Assembly: GCA_000004985.1 (NCBI GenBank)
Contig: GG738929.1
DNA: 64,000 nt
DNA from: Naegleria gruberi
Lineage: Eukaryota
Reading direction: 5' to 3' (one strand)
Of this stretch, positions 33,911 through 46,100 are shown piece after piece. The first letter of the stretch is position 1; each line of letters begins with the position of its first letter. The notes under the pieces are model-generated. The model did not search any database and was not told where the DNA came from. It worked only from the letters and a program-made list of their open reading frames with translations. The translations under genes were made by a program, and so were the position numbers.

Positions 33911-34766
33911 TAGTTAATTAAATTCGAATGAATAAAAGGATTCGAGGTGATTAACAGATCATAACTCCAAAACTCAAGCTGTATTGGCAAGTTTATAATC
34001 CAAAGTTTGAGTACATGTATTGAATCCTCGTTTCCCGAGAGTAAATAGTTTGAAAATGGACACAAATTAAATGTAATTGAATGAATTCAAAAATTTAAAA
34101 GACTTTGGGTCAAAAGGGTAATTATCAGGGAAGGAATTGAACCTCCACCGTGTTAGACCCCTTCAACACATGCAGACCACTACAATACCTGAAATACCCC
34201 ATCAATGCTCCAAAAATACTGACCTAATTGACTAATGTAATTTTAGAACTGAGTTCCATTTTCTGAATTTAATAAACTTGCTATCGCCAAGCTTTTTAAG
34301 AAACTAGCAAACTCTTTTGATTCTGCTGTTCTTTCTTCGTTTATCGTTTTACTATTGACAAATTTTAAAAAGCAAATTATATTAATCAAAAATGCCAATA
34401 AACTTTGGTGAACATGTTCGAAACATTTTTCAAAATTTTAATATGAATGGTTTTATCAATTTCTTCTCACATACTATTTTAGCTTGTAGACCAGCATCTA
34501 ATTCTGTTGGAATATTTGAGCAGAAAAGTGAAACCTTGTTTTCAGTGTTATTGATAAATAATTGGATGTCAAATATTAAGGTGTGCACAATGTAAACTAT
34601 TTTTTAAAAAGTCAGTTTTGGTATAAGGACCAAAATATTCTCTGGCAGAGTAACCATAACAGTCTAATTGGTAGTCCATTTGAATAGAAATCGAAAAAAA
34701 TCAATAATTGTTTTAATAAATAATTTAATTGTTTTACAACTTTTATTTTGTTCAAATCTGATAGAT

Positions 34767-35900
34767 TTAGAAACACTTTCTGTGGACAATACCTGGGCCG
34801 GCATCCTCATATTCTTCCTTTGTGATCCACATTTGTTGGAAAGTGGACAATGAAGCCAAGATGGAACCACCAATCCAGACAGAGTACTTTCTTTCTGGTG
34901 GAGCAACAACCTTAATCTTCATGGAGGCTGGAGCCATAGCAGTCAATTCCTTGGTCATTCTTTCAGCAATACCTTCGAACATAGTAGTACCACCAGACAA
35001 GACAACGTTACCGTACAAGTCCTTTCTGATATCAATATCACATTTACCAATGGAGTTGAAAGTAGTTTCATGAACACCAGCAGCTTCCATACCAATGAAG
35101 TTTGGTTGGAACAAAACTTCTGGACATCTGAATCTTTCGTTACCGACAGTAATGACATTACCGTCTGGCAATTCGTATGACTTTTCAACAGATGATGATT
35201 CAGCAGCAACCTTCATTTCAGCTTCAAAGTCCAAAGCAATATAACAGAGCTTTTCCTTGATATCTCTGACAATTTCTCTTTCAGCAGTTGTGTTGAATGA
35301 GTAACCTCTTTCCATCAAAATCTTCATCAAGTAATCAGTCAAGTCACGACCAGCCAAATCCAATCTCAAAATGGCGTGTGGCAAAGCATAACCTTCATAG
35401 ATAGGAACAGTGTGGGAAACACCATCACCAGAGTCCAAAACAATACCAGTAGTTCTACCAGAAGCATACAAGGACAAGACAGCTTGAATGGCAACATACA
35501 TAGCTGGAACTGAGAAAGTTTCAAACATAATTTGAGTCATCTTTTCTCTGTTAGCCTTTGGATTCAAAGGAGCTTCAGTCAACAAGACTGGATGTTCTTC
35601 TGGAGCAACTCTCAATTCATTGTAGAAAGTGTGATGCCAGATCTTTTCCATATCGTCCCAATTGGTAACAATACCGTGTTCAATTGGATACTTCAAAGTC
35701 AAGATACCTCTCTTAGATTGAGCTTCATCACCAACATAGGCATCCTTGTTACCCATACCAACCATGATGGACTTTTGCTTTGGTCTACCAATAATTGAAG
35801 GGAAGACAGCTCTTGGAGCATCATCACCAGCAAAACCAGCTTTACACATACCAGAACCGTTGTCAACAACGAGGGCTTGAACGTCTTCACAGAAGGACAT
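34767..35900 (-). CDS. act: actin (intronless)
   Basis: The track ORF begins at TTG 35987. The true ATG at 35900 gives [129 protein letters not shown]...[10 protein letters not shown], 377 aa. It is near-identical to conventional actin throughout, except the divergent segment [14 protein letters not shown]. Confidence 0.95.
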
Positions 35901-36468
35901 TTTGAATTTTGAGTTTTTTTTGATTTGTGTGAAAAAATGATCAGTTGCAAGATGGATTTTAAATGGTTTGTGAAAAGAATCAAACAACCAATGGATTGAT
36001 GGGATGGTTGACAGGTGAATGATGGTTAAGTCGTCAAGTGACTTACAGTAAAGATCTTGATGGCTGTAACAACACGTAAGCCATTGTAACTTGAATTACA
36101 GTTTAAATGATGCCTGTACATGAAGTGGTGACTTATCATTTCTTCACCTCAACACAACTCATCCATCAACATATGAAGTAGTACTCGCTAATGTGCACTA
36201 CCAGGAAGTGTTATTCTTTATCTGTTCCTAGAAATTATAGTAACAAGCAACATGGACCAAGATTGTTATTTTCAAATATTAAGCACCAGAAACACATCCA
36301 TGTAGTTTTACATGTAATCGATTCATCTTTAAATCGTGTTTATGGACCCGAATTTTAATATATAACTCACTGAAAAAATATAAATTGAAGATTTTGAAAC
36401 ATCAACTTGATATCTGCACCATCAATCGATTGTAGAACTTGTTGCGATATTTTACAATAAGCAAAAAA

Positions 36469-37974
36469 ATGATTTCTCTTGATCAGTTGATGGATGGCTC
36501 TCATCAGAGTAGCGAACCATTGATGAAATTGTCTTCCGATAATTGGTTGGAAATTTGTAGATATTTAAATCCATGTGATGTGTTTAGAATTTCACAGGTA
36601 AATTGTGAATTGTATGAAAAGTTTCTTCCATTTGATGAAGTTTCTCCTTTTGAGTGGACTGTACAATTGATACAGGATTGTATCACTTTACATTTTCGTA
36701 AAACTATCCAAATTAAACTATTTACTATTGAAGAGGAAGAATTATTAGAAAGGATGGCTAATGGAAAAATTGCAAATCGGAGGGAATTAATTCAATGTTT
36801 GAAATTATATTTAAAATTTAATTTTTTACTTTTGAATAGGAATAGAGGTCACGATTGGGAATTTATTATTAAATTTACTGTCAAATCAATGATTGGGAAA
36901 GATGAAACTAGTTTAGAATTGGAACTGAAATGTTATCACAAGTTGATAGATTATTTGAGGAATAATTACATCAATGAGAAATATTTATGTGATTGTGATT
37001 TATATGACGATCGTTATAGGTGTGATAAGGGAAATAATTTTACAATTTTTGAAATTTCAAAATCGAAATCTTCTATTAGTATGCCACCAATAACATGTAA
37101 TTATGAAACTTGTGCCGAAAATTATAATAGAATTCAACCATACTATGATAAGGATACTGTCTATGGTGTAATTATTCAAAATGCATTGAATAAGAGGTTT
37201 TTACATAGTGACTTTTCAACTCGACTTGTCTCCAGACAATTATTTGAATTTCAGAATAGAAAGGTTGTGTTGAGATTGAAGAAATTGAATGATTTCATTA
37301 CACCAGTTTACCCCCTAATCAATCCAACTTATGAATATTGCCACATGCCATCATCCATTCATATTACATGCGAACCATTTGATTTACAAATTTCCTTTCC
37401 AATGAAAACTCTTCTTTCGTACAGAATTCTTAAAAGTATTACCAAGGATTTGACTTTCTCATTTGCAATCCTTACCTACATTTATTGTAATTACAAAGTA
37501 TTTGGATTTTCATCATTTTATCATACCTATTCACAATATACCAATCTGTTTACAAATACAATGGCTGACTATTCACTATTCATGAAAGTATTGGGATGTA
37601 TGGGAATGACACTATTCACTCTATTTTTTTCATTTTGTGTGGCCGCGTCATTAGGAGGAGTAGTTCACTTTGTTGGAAAATATACAGATCATGGCTTTGC
37701 TTTATATTGGCTATTTATTCTTTCGAATATAGTTCTGTATTTTATGAATATTGAGGTATTTAAAGGGGTGTATCCAGCTCCTCTCACATCCATTCATGTG
37801 TACTGGCCTTCTGTAGAATTATTTCATAATTTTTTGCTGTACTTTATTGAATTTCCAAACACCCTTCTATTTATTAAGCAGGCCACTTTTTGGTCATCCC
37901 ATTTCTTTTCCGAATCAATTTCAAAAGTTTGCAAATGGTTTAATAATTTAAAAAAGAAAATTTGGTCAACTTGA
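36469..37974 (+). CDS. hypothetical protein: F-box-like N-terminus, C-terminal multi-pass membrane region
   Basis: First ATG 36469 (track start is TTG). LSSDNWLEICRYLNPCDVFRISQVNCELY is F-box-like. C-terminus has several hydrophobic helices (MGMTLFTLFFSFCVAASLGGVVHFV, LYWLFILSNIVLYFM). Confidence 0.5.
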   Translation: MISLDQLMDGSHQSSEPLMKLSSDNWLEICRYLNPCDVFRISQVNCELYEKFLPFDEVSPFEWTVQLIQDCITLHFRKTIQIKLFTIEEEELLERMANGKIANRRELIQCLKLYLKFNFLLLNRNRGHDWEFIIKFTVKSMIGKDETSLELELKCYHKLIDYLRNNYINEKYLCDCDLYDDRYRCDKGNNFTIFEISKSKSSISMPPITCNYETCAENYNRIQPYYDKDTVYGVIIQNALNKRFLHSDFSTRLVSRQLFEFQNRKVVLRLKKLNDFITPVYPLINPTYEYCHMPSSIHITCEPFDLQISFPMKTLLSYRILKSITKDLTFSFAILTYIYCNYKVFGFSSFYHTYSQYTNLFTNTMADYSLFMKVLGCMGMTLFTLFFSFCVAASLGGVVHFVGKYTDHGFALYWLFILSNIVLYFMNIEVFKGVYPAPLTSIHVYWPSVELFHNFLLYFIEFPNTLLFIKQATFWSSHFFSESISKVCKWFNNLKKKIWST

Positions 37975-38664
37975 CATTATTTAATACAGGTTTATATGGT
38001 TATTCACAAATCTAATAACATCAAGTTTGCAAGCAATTTGATTTTATGGTGTTGATAAATTAAAAAAACATTTCTCACAAAACTTTATTCACTTCTCAAT
38101 TAACAAAGAGCAAAAATTGCCAAACTGGGGCAATTACAAAACTAATCGAGGCTCTAACTGAAACTACACATTGGTAGAAAGAATATCAGCACATACATAA
38201 ACTGAACAATCATCTACACTGTATCCAGTTGAGCATGAACAGGTATCTGTATCAGTACAAGTACCATGTCCAGAACAAGCAGATGAATTGGCAGAGTCGC
38301 TTCCCAATCATACGAATTGAGAACAAGTCTTCCTGAATAACCTGTTGAGCAAGTACAATAACATAACCATCAAAAAGCCTAAAACAACAAGGCTATAAAA
38401 TAAGTAATGACAATTATCTAGTACCAACAACTTTGAGATGTCTATTATCATCTGAATTTTCTTGTATCATTCTGGAAATAAATGAAATGTGGTATCCTAC
38501 TGTTCATCCAATACTACACAATATTTTGTAATCTCTCAACATTTACAATTTGTAAACCATTCGAACGAACTGTAAATCAATTTAAATTTGATTAATACGT
38601 AACTAGTTACCATAAACACATATTGTCCATCATCGTGTCAAATATTTTTCTAATATTAAAAAAA

Positions 38665-39363
38665 ATGCATCACCAACCAATTCTAACAAGTCCATCCATA
38701 GAGTCATCCTCTTCTTCCTCGTCGTCACACCAACAACACCACAACAGACAAAATGACCAACCAACTGCCAATATTAGAGTGATGCTAACAGGCATTGTAC
38801 CGAATTGCTTGTTGGGTAGATCGTTGACTATTAATTTATTACCGAATGGTCATAATAGTAGCAGTAACGGAATGAAGGATTTGATTGCAAAATATCTAAA
38901 TGAAACAACTGTAAAACACTTTAAATTGGAAATTCTACAAAATTTATTAGAACAAGCTGAGAAAGACTTTGGCGGTATTGAAAATGGTGCAAAATATGCT
39001 TCTGTATCAACGTTTGTCTCCCATGCAAAGCTATTGGATTTCAAATTAATCAAAATGGGTTTTCTGATGGAAAATGAAAGATCTCTCAATTACTATGTAA
39101 AATATCAAACATCCACTGTTATGAACGATGCCATGACAATTATTTCCCTTCATGCAGTTTTTCAAGATTATGCTGATTTAATGATTATGGTAGAAGAAAA
39201 GTTGCAACACGAATTGCACAATACTCAAGAAAGTCTCTATCATGACTCATTTACTATGGAGAAGAGAGGAGGTCTCCTCGATGAAGATGCAAGAGAATCC
39301 GTTGACATTGAACAGAATATTCGAGAAAATACCACCCCAAGAGGTTGCTGTACTATTTTGTAA
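38665..39363 (+). CDS. hypothetical protein ending in a CaaX prenylation box (CCTIL)
   Basis: First ATG 38665 (MHHQPILTSP...). Poly-Ser tract. C-terminal ...NTTPRGCCTIL then stop. CTIL fits C-a-a-L (geranylgeranyl type) with an adjacent upstream Cys. Confidence 0.45.
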   Translation: MHHQPILTSPSIESSSSSSSSHQQHHNRQNDQPTANIRVMLTGIVPNCLLGRSLTINLLPNGHNSSSNGMKDLIAKYLNETTVKHFKLEILQNLLEQAEKDFGGIENGAKYASVSTFVSHAKLLDFKLIKMGFLMENERSLNYYVKYQTSTVMNDAMTIISLHAVFQDYADLMIMVEEKLQHELHNTQESLYHDSFTMEKRGGLLDEDARESVDIEQNIRENTTPRGCCTIL

Positions 39364-39740
39364 TCTAATTGATCAAGTAGAAATATATATATTTATCTAT
39401 CTCTATTGATTCGAAATTGATCAATTAGATGAAGGTAAAAAGTGCTTGCTTCTGAAAGAGGTCACAACTTGCAAGCAACGATCAAACCTATGATGGTGCT
39501 CTAAAGTAATCATTCATCGATTGATACTGCCTACCACACTAACTCACTTTTCTACACTATAGAGTAAACTATTTGTGCAATGTCATAGAATAGATACAAA
39601 GGACCCATGGGAAAATGAGATCAAGTCAAGGTTCAAATTGTATCCAGTGCCTAAAAGGATCACCCTTATTTTTCACAAAAAAATAAAACTCTAAGGTTGT
39701 ACATTTAACGGCAACTCTCAACAATACTACTAGTAACAAA

Positions 39741-40513
39741 ATGCCTATTAAATATGCTCTGATTACAGATGGTGTAAATCTTTTAGGGGATGGACCAAAG
39801 GAAGACTTGGATCTTTCTAAACTCATCATGGAAAAGATTGTGAGAAAGGTTTCAAAGGATACCTTAGAAAAGAGAACACTTACCTCCGACGAGTAAGTAC
39901 ATTGAATTGTTCAGTAATTAATAACCATTTAAAAGATTGGAAATTCACTACAAGAAGAGTGGAGAATATATTTATTTCTGTGTAGCCTCAAATGATACTA
40001 AGAAGAGAGTTTGTTGGGCATTCATCGATGAAGTGGAAGGAGCCTTCTCTCAAAGTAATAATAAGAGACAAGCATCAGGAAATAGAAAGATTATTAAAGC
40101 AAAGATTGTATGTAGTAACAACTCACTCTATGAAGAAATATTAACCAATTTCTTTGATTAAAAATCACGATTTGAAATTATAGGATAAATGGAATGACCC
40201 AAATGCTGATAAGATCACTGCCTTACAAGATAAATTAGAAACAGTTAAGGAAAGTATGGTTGAAAATATTGATAAAGTATTGGAAAGAGGAGAAAAGTTT
40301 GAAACTCTCTATGAAAAATCAGATGAAATGCTCGTTGAAGCCAATGAATTCAAGAGAGGAACTGTTAAACTCAAAAATAAGATGATTTGGAGATTGATTG
40401 TTATCATTGTCATCATTATTATCATTTTAATTGTAATTATAATTATTGCTATTTTGGCTGGTTGTGGATTCCCAACATTTGAAAGATGTGGAGGTGGTTC
40501 TTCAAAACAATAA
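39741..40513 (+). CDS. longin-domain R-SNARE (VAMP7/synaptobrevin family). 3 exons: 39741..39892, 39936..40107, 40184..40513. Introns 43 nt (GTAAGT...AAAAG) and 76 nt (GTATGT...TATAG)
   Basis: Spliced product is 217 aa. Longin domain: MPIKYALITDGVNLLGDGPKEDLDLSKLIMEKIVRKV...|ELEIHYKKSGEYIYFCVASNDTKKRVCWAFIDEVEGAFSQ...KAKI|. SNARE motif: DKWNDPNADKITALQDKLETVKESMVENIDKVLERGEKFETLYEKSDEMLVEANEFKRGTVKLKNKMIWR with a zero-layer Arg in LERG. C-terminal TMD LIVIIVIIIIILIVIIIIAILAG. This unites track ORFs 39937..40161 and 40256..40513 with an unlisted first exon. Confidence 0.8.
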
Positions 40514-40530
40514 AAAACCAACTTGAAAAA

Positions 40531-42432
40531 ATGTCTCACAGAAGAAACTGTGTCAAATTGTTGAATAATTTATTTCACCAACACACAAAAATCTCCAATA
40601 ACAGAGTATTTGTTAATAATTATTGCTCATCAAAACTTGGATTAATTTCCGAGCAAAGAAATAATTATCATACTACATTTTGTAACTTATTCCATGCTGC
40701 TAAACCTTCCCATGAGGAGCACAAGGCTCTCCAACAAGTTAAATCACTAGAATCTAAATTTGAAGAATTATTACAGAAAAAGATTTCCAATGAAAAGTCA
40801 ACAGTGACCAATAATTTAGATGCTCAAAATTTAGTACTCTCTACAAATAATTTATATGACCTGGTATTGGAGCATTGGGATGATGAGAGCAAGAGTTCTT
40901 CCGAAGAGGAATTAACAATTATTTACAAGCTTGCTAAATTGAAAGTTAGACTCTTACTTAGGGACTTCTACAAATTGGATGTCAGCCCAACTCAACTCTG
41001 TGAAGAAGTACTAGAGGAGTGTCATAAATTGGCTCATGAGAGACCATACCTGATTGAAATTATTAAAGAGGAATTGACTGAAAAGAAGGAAATTGAAAAA
41101 TATCAGAAGGGAGATCCTTCAATCGAGTTTCCAACTGTTGAAGGTTTTGACTTGGAATCAAAAGATATCAAATGGTTGAAATATTTTGTTTATGATAGGT
41201 TTAAAAACAATAGAATCGGAGCAATCAGAACAAAAAAGACCATCATTTATAAGGAATTGGAAGATTTGATAGATACTGGTCTCAACTCATCTTTTGAGTT
41301 AGGACCTCAAGTAGCAAAAGAAGACTATTTCATTTTTGCATTCTATCAAGTAGTACATTTCTTTAGTAGAATGGATGAGGATTCATTTGAAAAGATTGAA
41401 AAGATTGTTAGAGTGTGGGATAAATCTTGGAAGGAGGAAATGAAGGACTTTACATTCTTGGATTGGGAAACTGGTGTACCATTAAGATTGGATTCTTGTA
41501 TGACCACACTCAAATCATTTATTGTTGGATTCAAAGGAGATGATGATGCAGATCATGATAGAGCTAGAAAATTAGCCCTTTCAGCCCAAAAGATGGATCC
41601 AAACAATTTTTATGTTTTCACTCTTGATTTTGGAACTGAAGCTGACTCTTACATGAAGAATATCTTAAAAACTGAAAGAATTATTTTGGAAAAGGGACAA
41701 GTTAAATCGTTACAACAATTGAGATTCTTCCCTCTCCTTTATAATAAGGCTAATATTCTCTTTTCCACTGCTGCAATGATTCAAGATCAGAAGAGAATCA
41801 AATTTGCTAAACAAGCTCTTGATGCTCTCACTGTTTCCTTCAACAGTCTTCATGTACCAATGGATCCAAGTGAAGTGCAAACTATGGCCGATTGTAAATT
41901 CATGATGGGAGATGCAGAGGCAGCTTTTAAACTTTACATGGAGTTTTTCGAAGTTCAATTCACCTCAGGTACACCTCACATTGTGCACGCAGTTGAAGTT
42001 TGTTCAACAACTATGGCTGCATTTTCATTGAGGGATAATGCAATCACATCACTTGATAGATATTGCCGACTTTTGCCAGAAGAATATACCACCTCTCTCA
42101 AACTCCACCTAATTTCTATTCTAATTGGAGTTAATCAAGCAGTTACAAAATCTACTCAAATGCAACAAGCACCACCTCCTCAAACACCTCAAAAGCTCTA
42201 CAAGGGAAACACTCTCAAAGAGGAATTAGAGTGGTGCAAGAAGGAAATGGTCAAAATCAAGAAGAATAATCGAAACATTCTCGAATCAGACCCTGGAATT
42301 AGACGTTTCTTTGATGATACACAAAATGCATTGGAAGAAAAGGTAGCCAAGTTAGGTATTTCTGTACCCAAACTAAAGCCTACATTGAAGGCTACAACAA
42401 GCAAATTGCTTTTTGAAAAAAAGAAGAAATAA
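40531..42432 (+). CDS. hypothetical protein (basic N-terminal presequence-like region; helical)
   Basis: First ATG 40531 (MSHRRNCVKLLNNLFHQHTK...). The track TTG start at 40486 would overlap the SNARE stop. 633 aa, TAA stop, no recognised catalytic motif. Confidence 0.5.
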   Translation: MSHRRNCVKLLNNLFHQHTKISNNRVFVNNYCSSKLGLISEQRNNYHTTFCNLFHAAKPSHEEHKALQQVKSLESKFEELLQKKISNEKSTVTNNLDAQNLVLSTNNLYDLVLEHWDDESKSSSEEELTIIYKLAKLKVRLLLRDFYKLDVSPTQLCEEVLEECHKLAHERPYLIEIIKEELTEKKEIEKYQKGDPSIEFPTVEGFDLESKDIKWLKYFVYDRFKNNRIGAIRTKKTIIYKELEDLIDTGLNSSFELGPQVAKEDYFIFAFYQVVHFFSRMDEDSFEKIEKIVRVWDKSWKEEMKDFTFLDWETGVPLRLDSCMTTLKSFIVGFKGDDDADHDRARKLALSAQKMDPNNFYVFTLDFGTEADSYMKNILKTERIILEKGQVKSLQQLRFFPLLYNKANILFSTAAMIQDQKRIKFAKQALDALTVSFNSLHVPMDPSEVQTMADCKFMMGDAEAAFKLYMEFFEVQFTSGTPHIVHAVEVCSTTMAAFSLRDNAITSLDRYCRLLPEEYTTSLKLHLISILIGVNQAVTKSTQMQQAPPPQTPQKLYKGNTLKEELEWCKKEMVKIKKNNRNILESDPGIRRFFDDTQNALEEKVAKLGISVPKLKPTLKATTSKLLFEKKKK

Positions 42433-43196
42433 TTATTTCCAAACAAATGCTTTAAATTCATTGTACTGTGCAGTTCAGAATATTGTATCTGCAATGCAGA
42501 AATAGCAGAAATAAATTATCAACACACATGAATTAAGGACGAAATTAAGGAGAGTTTTTTTAATGACTTAACGCTTTAAGAATCTTCTTGTTACCAACTC
42601 TCGTTTTTACAAGCCTCCTTTCAAATGATATCCGATTGAAATCATTCCCCAACATTTTACAACTCCAATATTAGAAACATTTTGTCCTATAATAAGATCT
42701 CTTATTTTTGGAGAGCTGGGTTTCTTATTATAGATATATAAAATTGCTTGATGCGATCACAAATGAATTGTTCTTCATCCTGAGTGATGATCGTTGTTAA
42801 TATTTTGAAACAGCCAATGGTCCTCTCCAACAGATTCGTAAGACACCTCACTCCAAGTTATGAGAGATAATCTTCACCACAAACCAGCAGCAACGTTATC
42901 AATTCCCCTCAAAAAAAGCCAAAAACGCAAGAACTTTACTTCGACACAATCATAAAAAATAAGAAGGAGGTCCAGCATCAAACAACAACACGTAAACATT
43001 TCTTTGGCTCCTTGCTTTCATAACAACACCAACATTATAACATCTCTAAACATCAACAACAAAGATTGGAATACGGTTTAAAGATTTTTACTTTAATACA
43101 AATAATACAATAGGGATCTTGGAAATAGTAGTAGACAAGTACAAAGAAATACATAATATATTATAAAAAAACATCATCAAACACAACATCAACAAC

Positions 43197-46100
43197 ATGA
43201 TTAACACAGGGAAGAGTGAGAGTCCTACATTTCGGAAAGATGCTCACTGCCCAGAGAGAAGACATGCAGTAGTAGGCGTTGATCCATTCAACAATAATTT
43301 ACAAACAAAATCTGAAACTTTCTCTTGGCTTCAAAAAGAAAATAACAAGACTGACGATAAATTCCTATTACCAAATAACAGCAGTTCTTCTACTGCAAAT
43401 GATACACATAGACTCTCTTCCGGAGATTTGGTAAATTCAATTACTGTTGAAGATGAAGGAGCAAAAAAAGTTTTGGTTGTAGATGATGATCGGGTAGCTC
43501 GTCAAGTTTTAACCAAGCTCTTGGAACAACTTGGTTTTCAAGGTATGTAATCTTCATTTGAATGTAATATGTTTATCTCTGATTGTATGACATTAATGCA
43601 TGACCTTACAACGCTCATTACATTTATGGTGTCTCTACAAAACGTACATGTAGTGAAAGCTGTCGAGGGAGGTAAACAAGCATTGGAAGTGTTAAGAGAA
43701 GAGGGTAATAATTATCATCTTCTCCTTGTAGATGTACTCATGCCTGATATGGATGGATTGCAACTGCTTAAAATTTTCAGACAAGCCTACTCTGAAGACA
43801 TGCCAATAATTAGTATGTATTTTAATGAATATGTTTTTGTTAACACGTTGGATAATAGTGGTTTCATCAAGTGAGGACCCCGATACAATTAATCAATGTT
43901 TCCAAAGTGGAGCTGAAGACTTTTTACAAAAGCCTGTTCAATTAGAAATTTTGAAAAGAAGAGTTAATATGTGTCTTGAGGACAGACTCAGACGCAGAAA
44001 AGAAAAAGCATATCAAGAAATGCTCCAAAATGAAAGAATCAATAGAAAGAAACTTACACTTCGTGTAAAGGAGCAAGAAAAGGAATTGGAAGAAATTAAG
44101 AATCAAATTAATAATACTGTAGAAACACCAATGCAGGTTGTTATGAAAACCATTGCTGATCTTATGGAAGGAAAGTATTCAATTGAAAATTCTAAGGGAG
44201 CTTTGATTGCTGTCCTTAGGTCACTAGGTTCTAAGGATTTATATAAACCAGCATTTTCCAATTTATTAAGAAAGGGAGAATTGGACGACAATACTAGAAG
44301 ATGGCTCCAAACAGAATTCATGAACGAAGGAGACAATAATGTAAATGGCAACAAATCTAACACACCAATATCTAATGAATCATCACCAACTACCGAAAAA
44401 AATTCACAACAAACTAAGGAGCAATCACAATCTTCATCAGCATCTAATCAACAAGTTTCATTATATCACAAGCAAGTTGATGATATTGTAACCAAAAACA
44501 CTTTACCAGGTGATTTAGGAAGTCATACATTTGATACTTTGAAATACTCACATGATCAATTAATCCAATTCATTGTCCAAATGTTTGAAAACTTGGGATT
44601 AATTGAAACATTCAAAATTCCACCAAAAGAACTTGTTGATTTATTAACAGTCGTAAGAGAATCATACAAACACAACCCATACCACAATTTTACTCATGCT
44701 GTAGATGTAACTCAATTTGCTTACCACCTTCTTCTTGTAGATAGAATTTCACAAATGTTTTCACCAATGGAAAAGTTTGCTCTGATGTTTTCTGCCATAA
44801 TGCACGATGTGGGACATCCTGGAGTTAACAATAACTATTTAATTAATATTAAGGATGAATTGGCTCTCATTTACAATGATGTTAGCGTGTTAGAAAATCA
44901 CCATGCATCACAAGCCTTTTACCTCCTTCTCAAACATAATATTTGCTCCAATCTTTCCAAGGATGAATTCAAAGAGTTCAGAAGACTGGTTATCAGTACA
45001 ATTTTATGTACAGACATGTCTCACCACTTTGAAATTCTCACCAAGTTCCAAACAAGACTTCAAACTGGTACGCTCTCTAAGGAAAGTAAGGAAGATAGAC
45101 TCCAACTGATGGGAGTAATTTTAAAGTGTTCTGACGTCAGTAATGCTCTCAGACCATTTGACGTTTCTGAAAAGTGGTCAAATGTCTTGTTGGAAGAATT
45201 TTTCTTACAGGGAGACAGTGAGAGAGACCGTGGATTACCAATCTCTCCTCTAATGGACAGAAGATCTGTTGACAAACCAAAGTCCCAGCTTAACTTTATT
45301 GATTACATTGCTGCACCACTTTTCAACAATTTAATCACTTATTGCTCATGCTTGAACACAACACTCGGAGAAACTTTGCAAAAAAATAGATCCTTGTGGG
45401 AAGAGAGGGCACAAGCTGCTTCGGGCATGGGAAGTAATCAACAAAAAGAAGATATTAGTAGTACCCATACAACAACAACAACAAAAAATACAATAACTAC
45501 AACAACAACAACAAAAACCTCCACTACAACAACTACAACAAATTCACAAGAAAAACCTGTACTCACTGGATCAATGCCAAGTCATTTCGCTAAAGCCAAA
45601 GGATTTACCATCCTGATTATTGATGATGAAAGTGCTCAATGTGCAAAGAAATTAGAACAACCTTTACTTTCACTTAGTTATACAGTTGTATCAACAACAT
45701 TAGCAAAAACCGAGAGTGAATTAGTCAAGTCAAAAGCAGACATTATTCTTTTAAATTACGATATTGTACAATCAACAGAATTGGTGCAAAAAATTAGATT
45801 GGTATCTCCGATTATACCTATAATTACAATTTCTTCCAATTCTGTACAAACCGATTGGTGCCAACAAAGTTTTGTAAGACCAGTAGACACTACAGCATTG
45901 ATTCACTCTGTTGAACATCATATTGAATTATCATTGGATAGGGTACAACCAATAGATTTGGAAATTGCTCTTGAGCAAACAGGTGGAGATGAGGAATTCT
46001 TGTGGGATATGTTGAATGAACTTATTGGTGCAGGAAGTGAGCAAATCGAGAAAATTAAACAATCAACAAAGACTTTGGATTGGGCATCTATGGAGCTTAA

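Noticed and set aside
34114-34195. tRNA-like T-arm plus acceptor on the minus strand (GGAGG-TTCAATT-CCTTC followed by CCTGATA; 5' partner TTTCAGG)
   Set aside because: I could not fold a D-arm or a 7-nt anticodon loop (the best anticodon stem GTGTT/AACAC encloses 10 nt). Possibly a tRNA-derived fragment or SINE remnant, but not callable as a tRNA gene.
40486-40530. Track start of ORF 40486..42432 overlapping the SNARE gene's last codons
   Set aside because: The 5' extension MWRWFFKTIKNQLEK is the SNARE C-terminus and stop region read in another frame. The gene starts at ATG 40531.
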